Assembly (NCBI GenBank): GCA_035506195.1
Contig: DATJPV010000025.1
Span: 22,494 to 86,493, forward strand
Length of the DNA stretch: 64,000 bases
Source: Patescibacteria group bacterium
Lineage (GTDB): Bacteria; Omnitrophota; Gorgyraeia; Gygaellales; Profunditerraquicolaceae
Direction: 5' to 3'
Below are positions 9,431 to 18,820 of the stretch, one piece after another. The stretch's first letter is position 1. Each line of letters opens with the position of its first letter. The position numbers were made by a program, and so were the translations under genes. The notes beneath the pieces were generated by a model. It was not told the DNA's origin. It saw nothing but the letters and a program-made list of their open reading frames with translations, and ran no database searches.

Positions 9431-9954
9431 CGTGCCCCCGGTTTAATTTCGACCGGTATACCGGAAACGGTAACACATACACGGTCTGCTTCTTTTGCTG
9501 CCAACTGGTTCACCTTACCGGCGATATCGCGAAAATCCCTGCCCAGCCTGTTGGCCGGCACCAGCCCCAGGCCCACCTCGTTAGAAACCAGGATCGCCGT
9601 AGCTTTCTTTTTTCTAAGCTGCGCAAACGCATCCTCGATCTCTTTAAGGATCGATCGTTCCTTACGCCCGGCCAGAATAAGATTCGAAACCAGCAGCGTC
9701 AGGCAGTCGACAACGATACAATCGAAGCCGCTGCCTATCTTGCCCAATACGCCCGCAAGGTCTCTTGGCTCCTCAAGAGTCTCCCAGTGCCGGGGCCTGG
9801 CCTGGCGGTGCGCGCGGATGCGCTCCCGCATCTCCTTATCCAGGCCCTGGCAGGTTGCGACAAAAACTACTTTTTTATGCTTTTTTGCCAACTGCAATGC
9901 GTAGGCGCTCTTTCCGCTGCGGGCGCCCCCCAAGATCAAAACTATCTTATTCAT
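9418..9954 (-). CDS. cobU: bifunctional adenosylcobinamide kinase / adenosylcobinamide-phosphate guanylyltransferase
   Basis: 178 aa with a P-loop (GGARSGKS) at the N-terminus and CobU/CobP-family length and order (VFVATCQ...DCLT). Confidence 0.85.
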   Translation of the reverse strand: MNKIVLILGGARSGKSAYALQLAKKHKKVVFVATCQGLDKEMRERIRAHRQARPRHWETLEEPRDLAGVLGKIGSGFDCIVVDCLTLLVSNLILAGRKERSILKEIEDAFAQLRKKKATAILVSNEVGLGLVPANRLGRDFRDIAGKVNQLAAKEADRVCVTVSGIPVEIKPGARWKE

Positions 9955-10553
9955 GGCTGCTCCAGGTGGGCTATGTCGTTAAACTTCTTTATCCGAGGCG
10001 CGGCCTTTCTGTATTCGACTACCGTAACGCTGGTTGCCTGGGGCACATAACGCCAGAAGTCTCTCGTTTTCAATACACTGCTGACGAATATGCCGATGGC
10101 TCCCCCGTGGCAGACTACGGCTACGGTCTTGCCGGGGTTGCTGGAGGCGATCTTGCGTATGGTGCGGCATATCCTTTTCTTGAACGCCCGCATCGGCTCC
10201 GCCTTAGGGATACGATTCTTATAGGGGTCCTTGATCCAGCTTTCATAAAGCCGGCCGTAGGTAGCCGCGATCTCTTCGTGGCGCAGGCCTTCAAGCACCC
10301 CAAAATTTATTTCCCGCAACCCGGCGACCTTGGTGAATCGCGCCCTGCCAAAAATGATACGGCAGGTCTGCACGGCGCGCCTTTTGCTGCTGCAGTATAT
10401 CTTGTCGAAAGAAACCTTCTCCAGTTTCCTGCGCAGCTTCGCCGCCTGCTGCCTGCCTTCGCGGCTTAAGCCCACGTCGAGACGGCCGCAATAGCGCCTT
10501 TGCTTATTCCAGGCGGTTATGCCGTGCCTGATCAAGAAGATCTGCGTGGTCAT
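9951..10553 (-). CDS. cobC: alpha-ribazole-5'-phosphate phosphatase (histidine phosphatase superfamily)
   Basis: RHG motif at the N-terminus (LIRHGITAWN) and a second catalytic His (VCHGGAI). It sits between cobU and btuD. Confidence 0.7.
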   Translation of the reverse strand: MTTQIFLIRHGITAWNKQRRYCGRLDVGLSREGRQQAAKLRRKLEKVSFDKIYCSSKRRAVQTCRIIFGRARFTKVAGLREINFGVLEGLRHEEIAATYGRLYESWIKDPYKNRIPKAEPMRAFKKRICRTIRKIASSNPGKTVAVVCHGGAIGIFVSSVLKTRDFWRYVPQATSVTVVEYRKAAPRIKKFNDIAHLEQP

Positions 10554-11341
10554 GATCCTCCTGCCGGCACCAGCACGACGTTCGGCCTTTTAGTGAGCTG
10601 GTTCGTATTCACCAGCACTATGGTTTTATACACTGCCTCGATGTTCTGATACGTAAGGACCTCCTCAGGGCTGCCCTCTTTGAAGATCGCCCCTTTGTCC
10701 AGCAACGCAATGCGGTTACAGTAAGCGCTGGCCAGGTTCAGATCGTGGAGGATCATGACAATGGTAAGGCTGTTCTTACGGTTAAGCCTTTTCAGCAGGT
10801 CCAACACCTGTATCTGGTGGCCGATATCAAGGTGTGAGGTCGGTTCGTCCAGGAATAGAAGCGCCGGCTCCTGGGCCAGGGCCCGGGCGATGATCACCCG
10901 CTGCCGCTCCCCTGCGCTTAACTCATCGATACGCTTATCTCTTAGGGCAAGCGTATCGGTCAGGGAAAGCGCCTGTTCCGCAATCTCGATATCTCGCTTC
11001 GTCTCAAACTGCATGCGTTTCAAATGGGGAATCCTGCCCATTAGCACGATCTCGATGACCGTGAAGGAAAAACTGCTTAAGATATCCTGCCCCACAAAAG
11101 CCACCCGGCGGCAAAACTCCTTTACTTCCATACGGAAAATATCCCGATCCCCCAAAAGCACCCTCCCCCTGGCAGGCACAAGCACCCGGGTGGCAAAACG
11201 CAGGAGCGTAGTCTTACCCGAACCGTTCGGGCCGATGATGCCCATGCAATCACCCTGATGTATATCAAGGCTGATACCCTTGATCACCTCTTCCTGATAA
11301 TAGCCGCCGGATAGGTTTTTTATTTGTAAAAGCGGTCCCAT
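10550..11341 (-). CDS. btuD: ABC transporter ATP-binding protein, BtuD/FecE-type
   Basis: Walker A GPNGSGKTT, ABC signature LSAGERQR, Walker B LLFLDEP, H-loop. Confidence 0.8.
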   Translation of the reverse strand: MGPLLQIKNLSGGYYQEEVIKGISLDIHQGDCMGIIGPNGSGKTTLLRFATRVLVPARGRVLLGDRDIFRMEVKEFCRRVAFVGQDILSSFSFTVIEIVLMGRIPHLKRMQFETKRDIEIAEQALSLTDTLALRDKRIDELSAGERQRVIIARALAQEPALLFLDEPTSHLDIGHQIQVLDLLKRLNRKNSLTIVMILHDLNLASAYCNRIALLDKGAIFKEGSPEEVLTYQNIEAVYKTIVLVNTNQLTKRPNVVLVPAGGS

Positions 11342-12300
11342 CAGAACCTCCTGCCCTTCTTTAAGATGATCATGAATGCGGGAGCCCCTATTATTGCCGT
11401 AATGACGCCGATGGGTATCTCCATCGGCGCAAAGAGCGTCCGGGAAAGCAGGTCACAGGCGACCATGAATACCGCGGCAGCCAGGCAGGTAGCGGGGATA
11501 AGCGTCTTATGGTTGGGGCCGCAGACCAGGCGCATCATATGGGGTACGATCAGGCCCACGAAACCGATGATCCCGCAGATACAGATGAGGCTGGCAGTGA
11601 TCAAAGCGGTAACAAGAATGAGTATCTTTTTTATGTTCTGCGCATCTATGCCTACGTGCATGGCTTCTTCTTCCCCCATGCTGATGGCATTCAAATCCTG
11701 CGAAAATATATATACCGTGCAGATCCCCAGGATAACCGGTATGGCTACCAACACGACCAGCTTATAATCATACACCTGCATGCTTCCCCATAACCACCAA
11801 TTCATCTCGTGCATGGCAAGGTTGCCGAAAAGGGAAACCAGGAATACGATGATCGAAGAGAATGCCACCGAGACGATCACGCCGGAAAGTATCAGCGAGG
11901 TATCAAGGATCTTGCCTCTGTCCCGGGCCAGGTTATAGACCAGAATGATGCTGGCCAATGCCCCCAGGAATGCGGCCAGCGGCATATAGATGCGCGAAAC
12001 CCCTAAGATAACGGCGATGACCGCAGCCAGGCCCGCGCCGCTTGAGGTACCCAGCAGGTACGGCTCAGCCAAGGGGTTGCGCAGGATCGCCTGCAGGGCT
12101 ATGCCCGAAACCGCCAGGCCGCTGCCGGCGAGGATCGCGACCAACACCCTTAAAAGCCTCAAGTGGAAGATGGCCTGGTTTTTTTCAAGTAAAAGCTCAG
12201 CCGGCGGAATGCGTACTGCGCCCTTCACCAGCGCGTAGATCGCTACGGCGCACAACAGCAAAAATAATACCGGCAATCTTTTGCGTAAAGGCTCGTTCAT
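11341..12300 (-). CDS. btuC: FecCD-family ABC permease, BtuC-like
   Basis: 319 aa, ~9 TM helices, FecCD-type permease blocks (LLGTSSGAGLAAV, GIIGFVGLIVPHMMR). Confidence 0.8.
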   Translation of the reverse strand: MNEPLRKRLPVLFLLLCAVAIYALVKGAVRIPPAELLLEKNQAIFHLRLLRVLVAILAGSGLAVSGIALQAILRNPLAEPYLLGTSSGAGLAAVIAVILGVSRIYMPLAAFLGALASIILVYNLARDRGKILDTSLILSGVIVSVAFSSIIVFLVSLFGNLAMHEMNWWLWGSMQVYDYKLVVLVAIPVILGICTVYIFSQDLNAISMGEEEAMHVGIDAQNIKKILILVTALITASLICICGIIGFVGLIVPHMMRLVCGPNHKTLIPATCLAAAVFMVACDLLSRTLFAPMEIPIGVITAIIGAPAFMIILKKGRRF

Positions 12301-13127
12301 TGTCCGGGGTAGAGTTTTTTATACAATTCTTTTAAGCCTTCGGTTATCCTGGGCCCGGGCCTGAGCAAAAGATCCGGGTCGATATCGTTAAATACCCGTT
12401 TATTTTTCACCGCTTCGATGCCCGCCCAGCCAAAACGGCCCTCGACCAGCCTCAGGGGCGGCTCTTTATCCATGTAGGCCAGGATGATGACCTGAGGATT
12501 CAAACTGACCACCTTCTCAGCGCTGAAAATCGAATAGGGCCTGTTTACTTGATGCCCCACGTTGATCCCGCCGGCCAGGGTGATCATCTCATCAATAAAG
12601 GAGCCTCGCCCGGCAGTCATGAGCGGCTCATGCCAGATCTCGACAAAGATCCTTGTTCTTCTGTCTTGCGGAATGAGCTTCACCTTTGCACTGACTGCCC
12701 TGATGTCATCGCGCATCCTGGCGATCAGGGCTTGAGCCTCTTTTTCCCTGGCGGTGATCTTTCCGATGTCCCGAATGGAAGAAAACAGTTCCTCGATGTT
12801 CGCAGGGTCGGCGATGTAGACATTCAACTTGAGGCGCTTTAGCTCGGCAATCGTCCCTGCCTGCTCAAGGCCGGTGCAAAAAACGTAATCGGGCCTGGCG
12901 GCAACGATCTGCTCCATGTTGGGGTGGCTGAAATCTCCGACGCGGGGCTTATGCGCGGCCTCGGCAGGATAGTTACAGTATGCGCTCACTCCCGCAACGG
13001 ATTCGCCTAACCCCAGGGCAAAAAGGATCTCCGTGGTCGAAGGCGCAAGGGAAATGTAGCTGGGTGCAGCCACGGCATTGCCGCAGATCAAAGAAAAAAA
13101 GACGAAAAGTAAAATTGTCTTGTTCAT
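12297..13127 (-). CDS. btuF: periplasmic corrinoid/siderophore-type substrate-binding protein, BtuF-like
   Basis: Signal peptide followed by a class-III SBP fold. It is the first gene after the cobalamin riboswitch. Confidence 0.75.
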   Translation of the reverse strand: MNKTILLFVFFSLICGNAVAAPSYISLAPSTTEILFALGLGESVAGVSAYCNYPAEAAHKPRVGDFSHPNMEQIVAARPDYVFCTGLEQAGTIAELKRLKLNVYIADPANIEELFSSIRDIGKITAREKEAQALIARMRDDIRAVSAKVKLIPQDRRTRIFVEIWHEPLMTAGRGSFIDEMITLAGGINVGHQVNRPYSIFSAEKVVSLNPQVIILAYMDKEPPLRLVEGRFGWAGIEAVKNKRVFNDIDPDLLLRPGPRITEGLKELYKKLYPGQ

Positions 13128-13136
13128 ATAAACACG

Positions 13137-13165
13137 AAACCCGCCACGAGATTCTGGCGGGTTGC
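13137..13165 (-). terminator. riboswitch expression-platform hairpin (attenuator) immediately upstream of the btuF ATG
   Basis: Minus strand: AACCCGCCAGAATCTCGTGGCGGGTT (10-bp stem) followed by TCGTGTTTAT and then ATG. This placement is typical of a riboswitch terminator or RBS-sequestering helix. Confidence 0.5.
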
Positions 13166-13169
13166 ACCC

Positions 13170-13372
13170 AAATAGTTACTTGGCCCTGTCCACGAGGCGT
13201 TGCTTTAATATAGGCAGGTCTTCTGGCTCGGGTATCATTCTAGTTGCTGCGTCTTCCCATCCCGGGTTCTTGAGGGACAGTGACTATTGCAGCTTTCGTC
13301 CACCCTTACAGCGGCGGGACCGCACTCGCTTTCACGAGTTTCCCTTGTCCTATATTACCGTATTGTCGCTTC
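13170..13372 (-). promoter_or_regulatory. cobalamin (AdoCbl) riboswitch aptamer
   Basis: The minus-strand sequence contains the hallmark core GGACAAGGGAAACTCGTGAAAGCGAGTGCGGTCCCGCCGCTGTAAGGGTGGACGAAAGC. This is the AAGGGAA / GTGAAA element plus the B12 box GTCCCGCCGCTGTA. It sits 5' of a btu/cob operon. Confidence 0.85.
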
Positions 13373-13373
13373 T

Positions 13374-13402
13374 AATCTATCAGCCGCAGGCTCGTTTGTC
13401 AA
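13374..13402 (-). promoter_or_regulatory. sigma70-type promoter of the B12 operon (TTGACA-N17-TAGATT)
   Basis: Minus strand: TTGACAaacgagcctgcggctgaTAGATT, immediately 5' of the riboswitch. Confidence 0.45.
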
Positions 13403-13410
13403 ACAATATT

Positions 13411-16092
13411 TTAGGGAGCCTGTGTGCTAAAATATGCCTGCAGTATCGCGTTAGCGATATTGGCGGCTAAAAGCCTGTAGCCTTTGTCCGTACAATGATC
13501 GTCAAAATCGATAAGATACTCTCCGTAGCCTTCGCGCGCTATGGCCTCCTTGAACGCCTTCTCATTATCTACGAATACTATCCCGGCCTGTCCTTCGAAT
13601 ATATCCTTCAACGGTGTGACGCTAGCCGTAGGGGTCTGCACGCAGATCAAGGGTATGTTTCTTTTATCGAGGACCTCCTTGATCTTGCGGTAGTTGCCGG
13701 CGGTCACAGGGTCATAACGGAAATGCGCGTTGTCTTCTTTTTTACTTTCTTTTTTCAAAGCGGCCAACATGCGGCTCTCCCTGTCTTTGGTGCCGGAAAA
13801 ACGCATGATTTTCTTGAGGGTTTCTTCTGCCTGAGCAAGCTTGCCTTCCTTCAGATAAGTCCCTCCCAGATCGATATACGCTTGCTCATTCCCGGGATTA
13901 AGCTCTATGGCTTTCCCGAATGCCTCTTCCGCCCGGATGAGCTTCCCTTCTTTCAGGCGGAGCCAGCCGAGGTCGAAATACACACGATCGCTTCGGGGGC
14001 TAAGCTCTATGGCTTTCTGGAACGATTCTTCTGCCGGGCCGAATTTGCCCTGTTGCGAGTATACTGCTCCTAACAGGCGGTACGGCCAGTCGCTTGCGGG
14101 ATTGCACGCGATAGCTTTTCGGGCGACGTCTTGCGCCTGAAGAAGCTTATCCTGCTTCATGTAAAGCTGCCCCAGTTCGCAATACGCCTGCTCATTCCCA
14201 GAGTCAAGCGCTATGGCTCTACCGTAAAACTGTTCTGCCTGGGCAAATTGGGCCTGCCTTGCGCAGGACTGCCCCAGGCCGCGATATCCCTGCGGATTCC
14301 GCCCGTTAAGCGCGATGGCCTTTTGGAACATTTCTTCTGCCAAGCCGAAATTATCCTGCCCCAAGCAGCTCCACCCCAGGTTAAGATAACTATTCTCGTT
14401 CTGAGGGTTAAGCGCGATACCCTTTTTAAGCGTTTCTTCCGCCTGGGAAAGTTTATGCTGCTGCAAATACGCCAGCCCCAGGTCAAAATAACCCTGCTCA
14501 TCTTGAGGGTCGAGCGTGATGGCCTTTTGGAACGATTCTTCTGCCCGGGGAAAATTATCCTGCTGCAGGTAAGCCCGGCCGAGTAAAAGGTGTGCCTGAC
14601 CATTGCCGGGATCGACTACGATGACCTTCTGATACATTTCTTCTGCCTGGGCAAATTTGCCTTCCAGTAAATAGCTGCCTCCCAGGTCAAAATAGCTTTG
14701 TGCTTTCCGGGGGTCAACTGCGATGGCCCTTTGGAACACTTCTTCTGCCCGGGGAAAGTTGCCCTGCTGCAGGTAGCGCTGCCCTAAATCGCAATAATAG
14801 GGGTATACTTGTGCGCTTTGAGGGCTGGCCCTTACCGCTTGCGCGAATGCCTGCTCTGCCTCGGGAAGCTTACCCTGCCTTAGGCAGGCTTGGCCCAGAA
14901 AAAGATACGCCCGGTCATCGCCGGGATTGACCCTTACTGCCTGCGCGAATGCCTGCTCTGCCTTAAGAAATGCGCGCTGTTGCAGGTAACCGCCTCCTAA
15001 GTCAAAATAGCCTTGTTCTTGCTGGGGGTCAAGCGCGATGGCCTTGTGGAACGCTTCTTCTGCGCGGGGGAAGTTGCCCTGCTGCAGGTAGCGCCGTCCT
15101 AATTCGCAATAATCAAAATACACGGATGCAAACCCGGGATTAAGCGCGATGGCCTTCATGAACAACGTCTCTGCCTGAGGAAGCCTATTCTGCCGCAGGT
15201 AAAGCTGCCCCAGCCCTTGATAGCCGTGTTCATTGCGGGGGTTGAGCGTGATAACCTTGTTCAGGGCCTCTTCGGCCCGGGCGCATTTGTCCTGCTTCAA
15301 GTAAACCCGGCTTAACAGCAGATACGCTTCGTCGCTGGCAGGCTTAAGCGCCAGGACGGTCTTGAATGCCTCTTCGGCCTGGGCGCATTTGTCCTGCTTC
15401 AAGTAAACCCGGCCCAGGGAAAGCAGGGAATCGACGTTACCGGGATCGGCCAGTACGGCCTTCTTAAGCGCGCCTTCTTGACGGACAAGCTGGGCCTGCT
15501 TTAGCTGGTCAGGGGCTGGCGCGGTCTTGCCGGGGGCCTGCGGCGCCGAAGGGGATATAACCTGACGGGGCTTTACCGCTATGCTTTTTTTAAGCGGCCT
15601 GCCGATGAAGAGCCCTCGTGCCGGAGTAAGGATAGCCCGCCAAACGGTCATGGCCAGCTTATAGGTCCGCAGGGATTCTACCCATGCATGCGCCCGGGGC
15701 GACGGGTGGGCATAATAGTTCTCTGTCCTGCCAAGCATGGTGACAACCAGCTGAGGCTTATACGTAACAAGGTAACGCTCCAGCTGGCTTAAAACGAAGA
15801 AAGAATCGGAGCCCGGTACGACCTTGTCGATCACGCTGAAGCGCACCCCCGGATGGCACCGATTTAAGATCTTTTCCAGATGGCGGGGGTAGCCTCCCGT
15901 AGTGGAATCCCCCACGCAGAGGATGCGATAACTGCCCTGTGTGCGGAAAGAAGCCTTATTCTTGTATTCCTGCAAAAGGAAGTAGGCGCCTCCGGCCAGC
16001 CGCAAACTCAGCTCCAGCGCCGCCAGCAATAGAAGCGTTCTGACTAGAGCAAAGATTATCTTCTTATGCAAAATCCCCTCCCTAAAACGCAA
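13411..16092 (-). CDS. membrane-anchored SGNH/DltD-like hydrolase whose catalytic blocks are separated by a ~650-aa TPR array
   Basis: An N-terminal TM helix is followed by SGNH block I (ILCVGDSTTGGYP). About 19 TPR units follow (aa ~200-730), with internal triplications. The C-terminal region carries SGNH block V (DFDDHCTDKGYRLLAANIANAI, DxxH). It is the last gene of the Dlt-like operon. Confidence 0.7.
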   Translation of the reverse strand: MRFREGILHKKIIFALVRTLLLLAALELSLRLAGGAYFLLQEYKNKASFRTQGSYRILCVGDSTTGGYPRHLEKILNRCHPGVRFSVIDKVVPGSDSFFVLSQLERYLVTYKPQLVVTMLGRTENYYAHPSPRAHAWVESLRTYKLAMTVWRAILTPARGLFIGRPLKKSIAVKPRQVISPSAPQAPGKTAPAPDQLKQAQLVRQEGALKKAVLADPGNVDSLLSLGRVYLKQDKCAQAEEAFKTVLALKPASDEAYLLLSRVYLKQDKCARAEEALNKVITLNPRNEHGYQGLGQLYLRQNRLPQAETLFMKAIALNPGFASVYFDYCELGRRYLQQGNFPRAEEAFHKAIALDPQQEQGYFDLGGGYLQQRAFLKAEQAFAQAVRVNPGDDRAYLFLGQACLRQGKLPEAEQAFAQAVRASPQSAQVYPYYCDLGQRYLQQGNFPRAEEVFQRAIAVDPRKAQSYFDLGGSYLLEGKFAQAEEMYQKVIVVDPGNGQAHLLLGRAYLQQDNFPRAEESFQKAITLDPQDEQGYFDLGLAYLQQHKLSQAEETLKKGIALNPQNENSYLNLGWSCLGQDNFGLAEEMFQKAIALNGRNPQGYRGLGQSCARQAQFAQAEQFYGRAIALDSGNEQAYCELGQLYMKQDKLLQAQDVARKAIACNPASDWPYRLLGAVYSQQGKFGPAEESFQKAIELSPRSDRVYFDLGWLRLKEGKLIRAEEAFGKAIELNPGNEQAYIDLGGTYLKEGKLAQAEETLKKIMRFSGTKDRESRMLAALKKESKKEDNAHFRYDPVTAGNYRKIKEVLDKRNIPLICVQTPTASVTPLKDIFEGQAGIVFVDNEKAFKEAIAREGYGEYLIDFDDHCTDKGYRLLAANIANAILQAYFSTQAP
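13900..15490. repeat. in-frame tandem TPR-coding repeats (102-bp and ~306-bp periodicity)
   Basis: Near-identical peptide blocks recur, e.g. CELGRRYLQQGNFPRAEEAFHKAIALDP and CDLGQRYLQQGNFPRAEEVFQRAIAVDP. Mirror-image antisense ORFs (13495..14073 and 14131..14586) reflect the same DNA periodicity. Confidence 0.7.
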
Positions 16093-17536
16093 CGTACAGG
16101 AACTGCTTTCCGATATGCTGGCCCAACATCAGCAGCAGGACCAGCAATACCACATAAAATATATCCCTGGCGAGGAAATGCCAGCGCAAGACGATCAAAA
16201 GATCATTTTTGATGTATTGCATGATCTCCAGGGCTACGAGTATCGAAACAAAGAACAAGATGCCTGCCGCTATCTCCAGGGAATCGCGCGAAATGGCGAA
16301 TCCAAAGACCAGCCTGTGCATGAAATCCCCTATCTGAGGAGCGGATTGAGCCATAAAGAGAAGCTCTCCGAAAACAAAAAGATGGAAGGTCAGGATTATT
16401 TTGAGCGCATCTACCAGGGCGCGCCTTCTTCCCGTAAAGGAAAAACCGAATTTCCCCCAGAGCGGGCGCGCAAGGACCTGCACGCTCATCAGGACGCCGT
16501 GGTATAACCCCCATAAGACAAAAGGCCATGCCGCCCCGTGCCAGAGCCCCATCACTGCCATGGTCGCCAGGATCGCCCCTGGCGCCCCCTCCGCGCGCGT
16601 AGCCCCCAGCCTGATCCGTAGCCGATTAAAGTAATAAAAAACATAGTCCCTGCACCAGCTCGACAAGCTGATATGCCACCGGCGCCAGATCTCCAGGGGG
16701 CTCTTGGCAAAAAAAGGAAGATTGAAATTCAACATTGTCTTGAATCCCAGGCAACCCGCCGTTCCGATCGCGATATCCGAGTATCCCGAGAAATCCGCAT
16801 ACAGCTGAAAGGTAAACGCGTAGGCGGCCAAAAGGATCTGGAAGCCGGAACCGGCATTGTCTGCGGAAACAAGGTTTGCCACGACCAGCGCCAGGTTGTC
16901 GGCGATGAAAAACTTCTTGAACACCCCCCAGAAGATCAAGTAGAGGTTTTCGCCGAAAGCAGCCCACTCAAACCGCCTTGAGCCGGCAACCTGCGGCATA
17001 AAATGCACTGCCCGCTCGATGGGGCCGGCCAGGAAGTGCGGGAAAAAAGACAAATACAGCGCATAGTCCCCCAGGTTTCTGACCGGCCGGGTGATGACGC
17101 ACCTATACACGTCTATGGTGTAGCTCATGGATTTAAAGAGGTAATAGGAGATCCCGACAGGCAAGATGATATTCAGATGCAGCGGCGCGACATTCCTGAT
17201 CCCTGCGGCGCCTAACACCGCCGTGAGATTCTGCACGAAGAAATCAAAATACTTAAAAAACCCCAGGAGGCAAAGGTCCGAGGCGATACTAATCCACAGG
17301 AAGAACGTTTTTCTCTTTTTCGTCTCTGCCCGAAAGATCCGTATACCGCAGGCGTAATCGACAACGGTGGGGACCAGTATCAGCAGGGGAAAGCGCCAGT
17401 TCAGGCATAGATAAAACGCATAACTTGCCGCTAAAAGAAGGACGTTCTGTTTGCGCCAATCCAGGCGCCAGTAGATCAAAAGGAAAGGCAGGAGGAATAA
17501 AAGCTTAAACGGGGCAAAGATCATGAATGAGGACAT
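16082..17536 (-). CDS. MBOAT-family membrane O-acyltransferase (DltB/AlgI-like)
   Basis: 484 aa, ~11 TM helices, with a conserved MBOAT His-containing C-terminal region (RRWHISLSSWCRDYVFY). Confidence 0.85.
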   Translation of the reverse strand: MSSFMIFAPFKLLFLLPFLLIYWRLDWRKQNVLLLAASYAFYLCLNWRFPLLILVPTVVDYACGIRIFRAETKKRKTFFLWISIASDLCLLGFFKYFDFFVQNLTAVLGAAGIRNVAPLHLNIILPVGISYYLFKSMSYTIDVYRCVITRPVRNLGDYALYLSFFPHFLAGPIERAVHFMPQVAGSRRFEWAAFGENLYLIFWGVFKKFFIADNLALVVANLVSADNAGSGFQILLAAYAFTFQLYADFSGYSDIAIGTAGCLGFKTMLNFNLPFFAKSPLEIWRRWHISLSSWCRDYVFYYFNRLRIRLGATRAEGAPGAILATMAVMGLWHGAAWPFVLWGLYHGVLMSVQVLARPLWGKFGFSFTGRRRALVDALKIILTFHLFVFGELLFMAQSAPQIGDFMHRLVFGFAISRDSLEIAAGILFFVSILVALEIMQYIKNDLLIVLRWHFLARDIFYVVLLVLLLMLGQHIGKQFLYVAF

Positions 17537-17539
17537 GAC

Positions 17540-18820
17540 TTAATCGAATTCTCCTGCGGCATGGCTCCGGCGGATCACGGAGGCGCGCGCGCCGTCGACA
17601 AGCAATTCAAGCGGCGTTTCGTGGGATAAAAACAGTATGGGGCTTGCGGTATAGGTATACGCGCCGGAAGTCAAGACCGCGATATACTGGCCGGCCTGCG
17701 GTTTCTTAAGGAGCAGGTCCTCCGCGATTATATCAAGGGAAGCGCACAGGGGCCCGACGAGCGTTACCCGCTCCGCCGCAATCCTGCCCGTGCAAGAAAT
17801 ATTGACGACCCGCAGATTCCGGCGGATAAAATTACCCAACCGGCCGCTGGCTGCCAAATGATGATTGATGCCGCCGTCTAAGACGCAGAACTTCTTTCCC
17901 CTGGACTCCTTGACGTCCACGATGCGCGCGACATAGATCCCCGCCTGCGCAACCAGGTAGCGGCCCAGCTCCAGTATCCCCGTACAGCCGGAAAGGCCTG
18001 TCTTGCGCTTGAACCGCCCAAACTGACTCGATATGCCGGAACAAACCCGCCTGACGTCGATTTCGCTCTGCCCTTCGTAATAGGGGACGCCGAACCCTCC
18101 CCCGAAGTTGACGGATCTTATTTCCAGGCGAGTTGCTGCGTAGACCTCTTCGGCGATATTTAACGTAGAGACGGCGTTATCCAGAAGCGTTGCCTCATCC
18201 AGGCACTGCGTGCCCGAGTACACATGGATACCGACAAAACGGCACCGGCGCATGCCTTCGAGGAGACGGAAAAAACCGCCCCATTTCTCTTGGTCGATGC
18301 CGAAAGGCGACGCCAGGCCTCCCATTTTGACCGGGAACTTTCTTTGCGGCCTTGCTGGATTTATCCGTATCGAGACAGCGGCCTTTCGCTTTTGCGCTGC
18401 AGCGATCCTGTCTATCCTGACCAGCTCGGTAAGCGACTCTACGCTGAGCGAGCCGATCCTCCGGGAAACGGCCAATGACAGCTCCTCCTCCGTTTTTCCC
18501 GGCCCGGCAAAGCTTATGCGCGAGGGACAACAACCTGCCTTTAAGGCCCGTGTAAGCTCCCCGCCGGAGGCAACATCAACCCCGTCTACCAAAGGCAGCA
18601 TGCGCTTAAGAAGCCCGAGGTTAGGGTTGGCCTTTATCGCGTAATACAGTTTTATATCGTCGCTTAAGCCCTCGCGCACCGCCCGGATCTTTTGCGCGAT
18701 ACACTGCCAGTCATATATAAAAAAGGGGGTATCGTACTTTTGGAGATTGACGCCCCTTAGGTAGGTGCGGCCGTTACGGACCTTAAGCCCTAATCCGGTC
18801 ACTGTGCTTTTCTTATGCAT
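17540..18820 (-). CDS. fold-type III PLP-dependent decarboxylase (Orn/DAP/Arg decarboxylase family)
   Basis: PLP-lysine motif YAIKANPN, glycine-rich FGGGFGVPY, and a C-terminal beta-barrel domain. The length and order match diaminopimelate decarboxylase-like enzymes. Confidence 0.75.
   Translation of the reverse strand: MHKKSTVTGLGLKVRNGRTYLRGVNLQKYDTPFFIYDWQCIAQKIRAVREGLSDDIKLYYAIKANPNLGLLKRMLPLVDGVDVASGGELTRALKAGCCPSRISFAGPGKTEEELSLAVSRRIGSLSVESLTELVRIDRIAAAQKRKAAVSIRINPARPQRKFPVKMGGLASPFGIDQEKWGGFFRLLEGMRRCRFVGIHVYSGTQCLDEATLLDNAVSTLNIAEEVYAATRLEIRSVNFGGGFGVPYYEGQSEIDVRRVCSGISSQFGRFKRKTGLSGCTGILELGRYLVAQAGIYVARIVDVKESRGKKFCVLDGGINHHLAASGRLGNFIRRNLRVVNISCTGRIAAERVTLVGPLCASLDIIAEDLLLKKPQAGQYIAVLTSGAYTYTASPILFLSHETPLELLVDGARASVIRRSHAAGEFD

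Noticed and set aside
9765-10469. 234-aa plus-strand ORF
   Set aside because: It is antisense to cobU/cobC, it is Pro/Arg/Gly-rich, and no homology is recognisable.
13495-14586. Plus-strand ORFs 13495..14073 and 14131..14586 with their own internal repetition
   Set aside because: They are antisense to the TPR array of the SGNH-TPR gene. Their repetition simply mirrors the 102-bp TPR periodicity.
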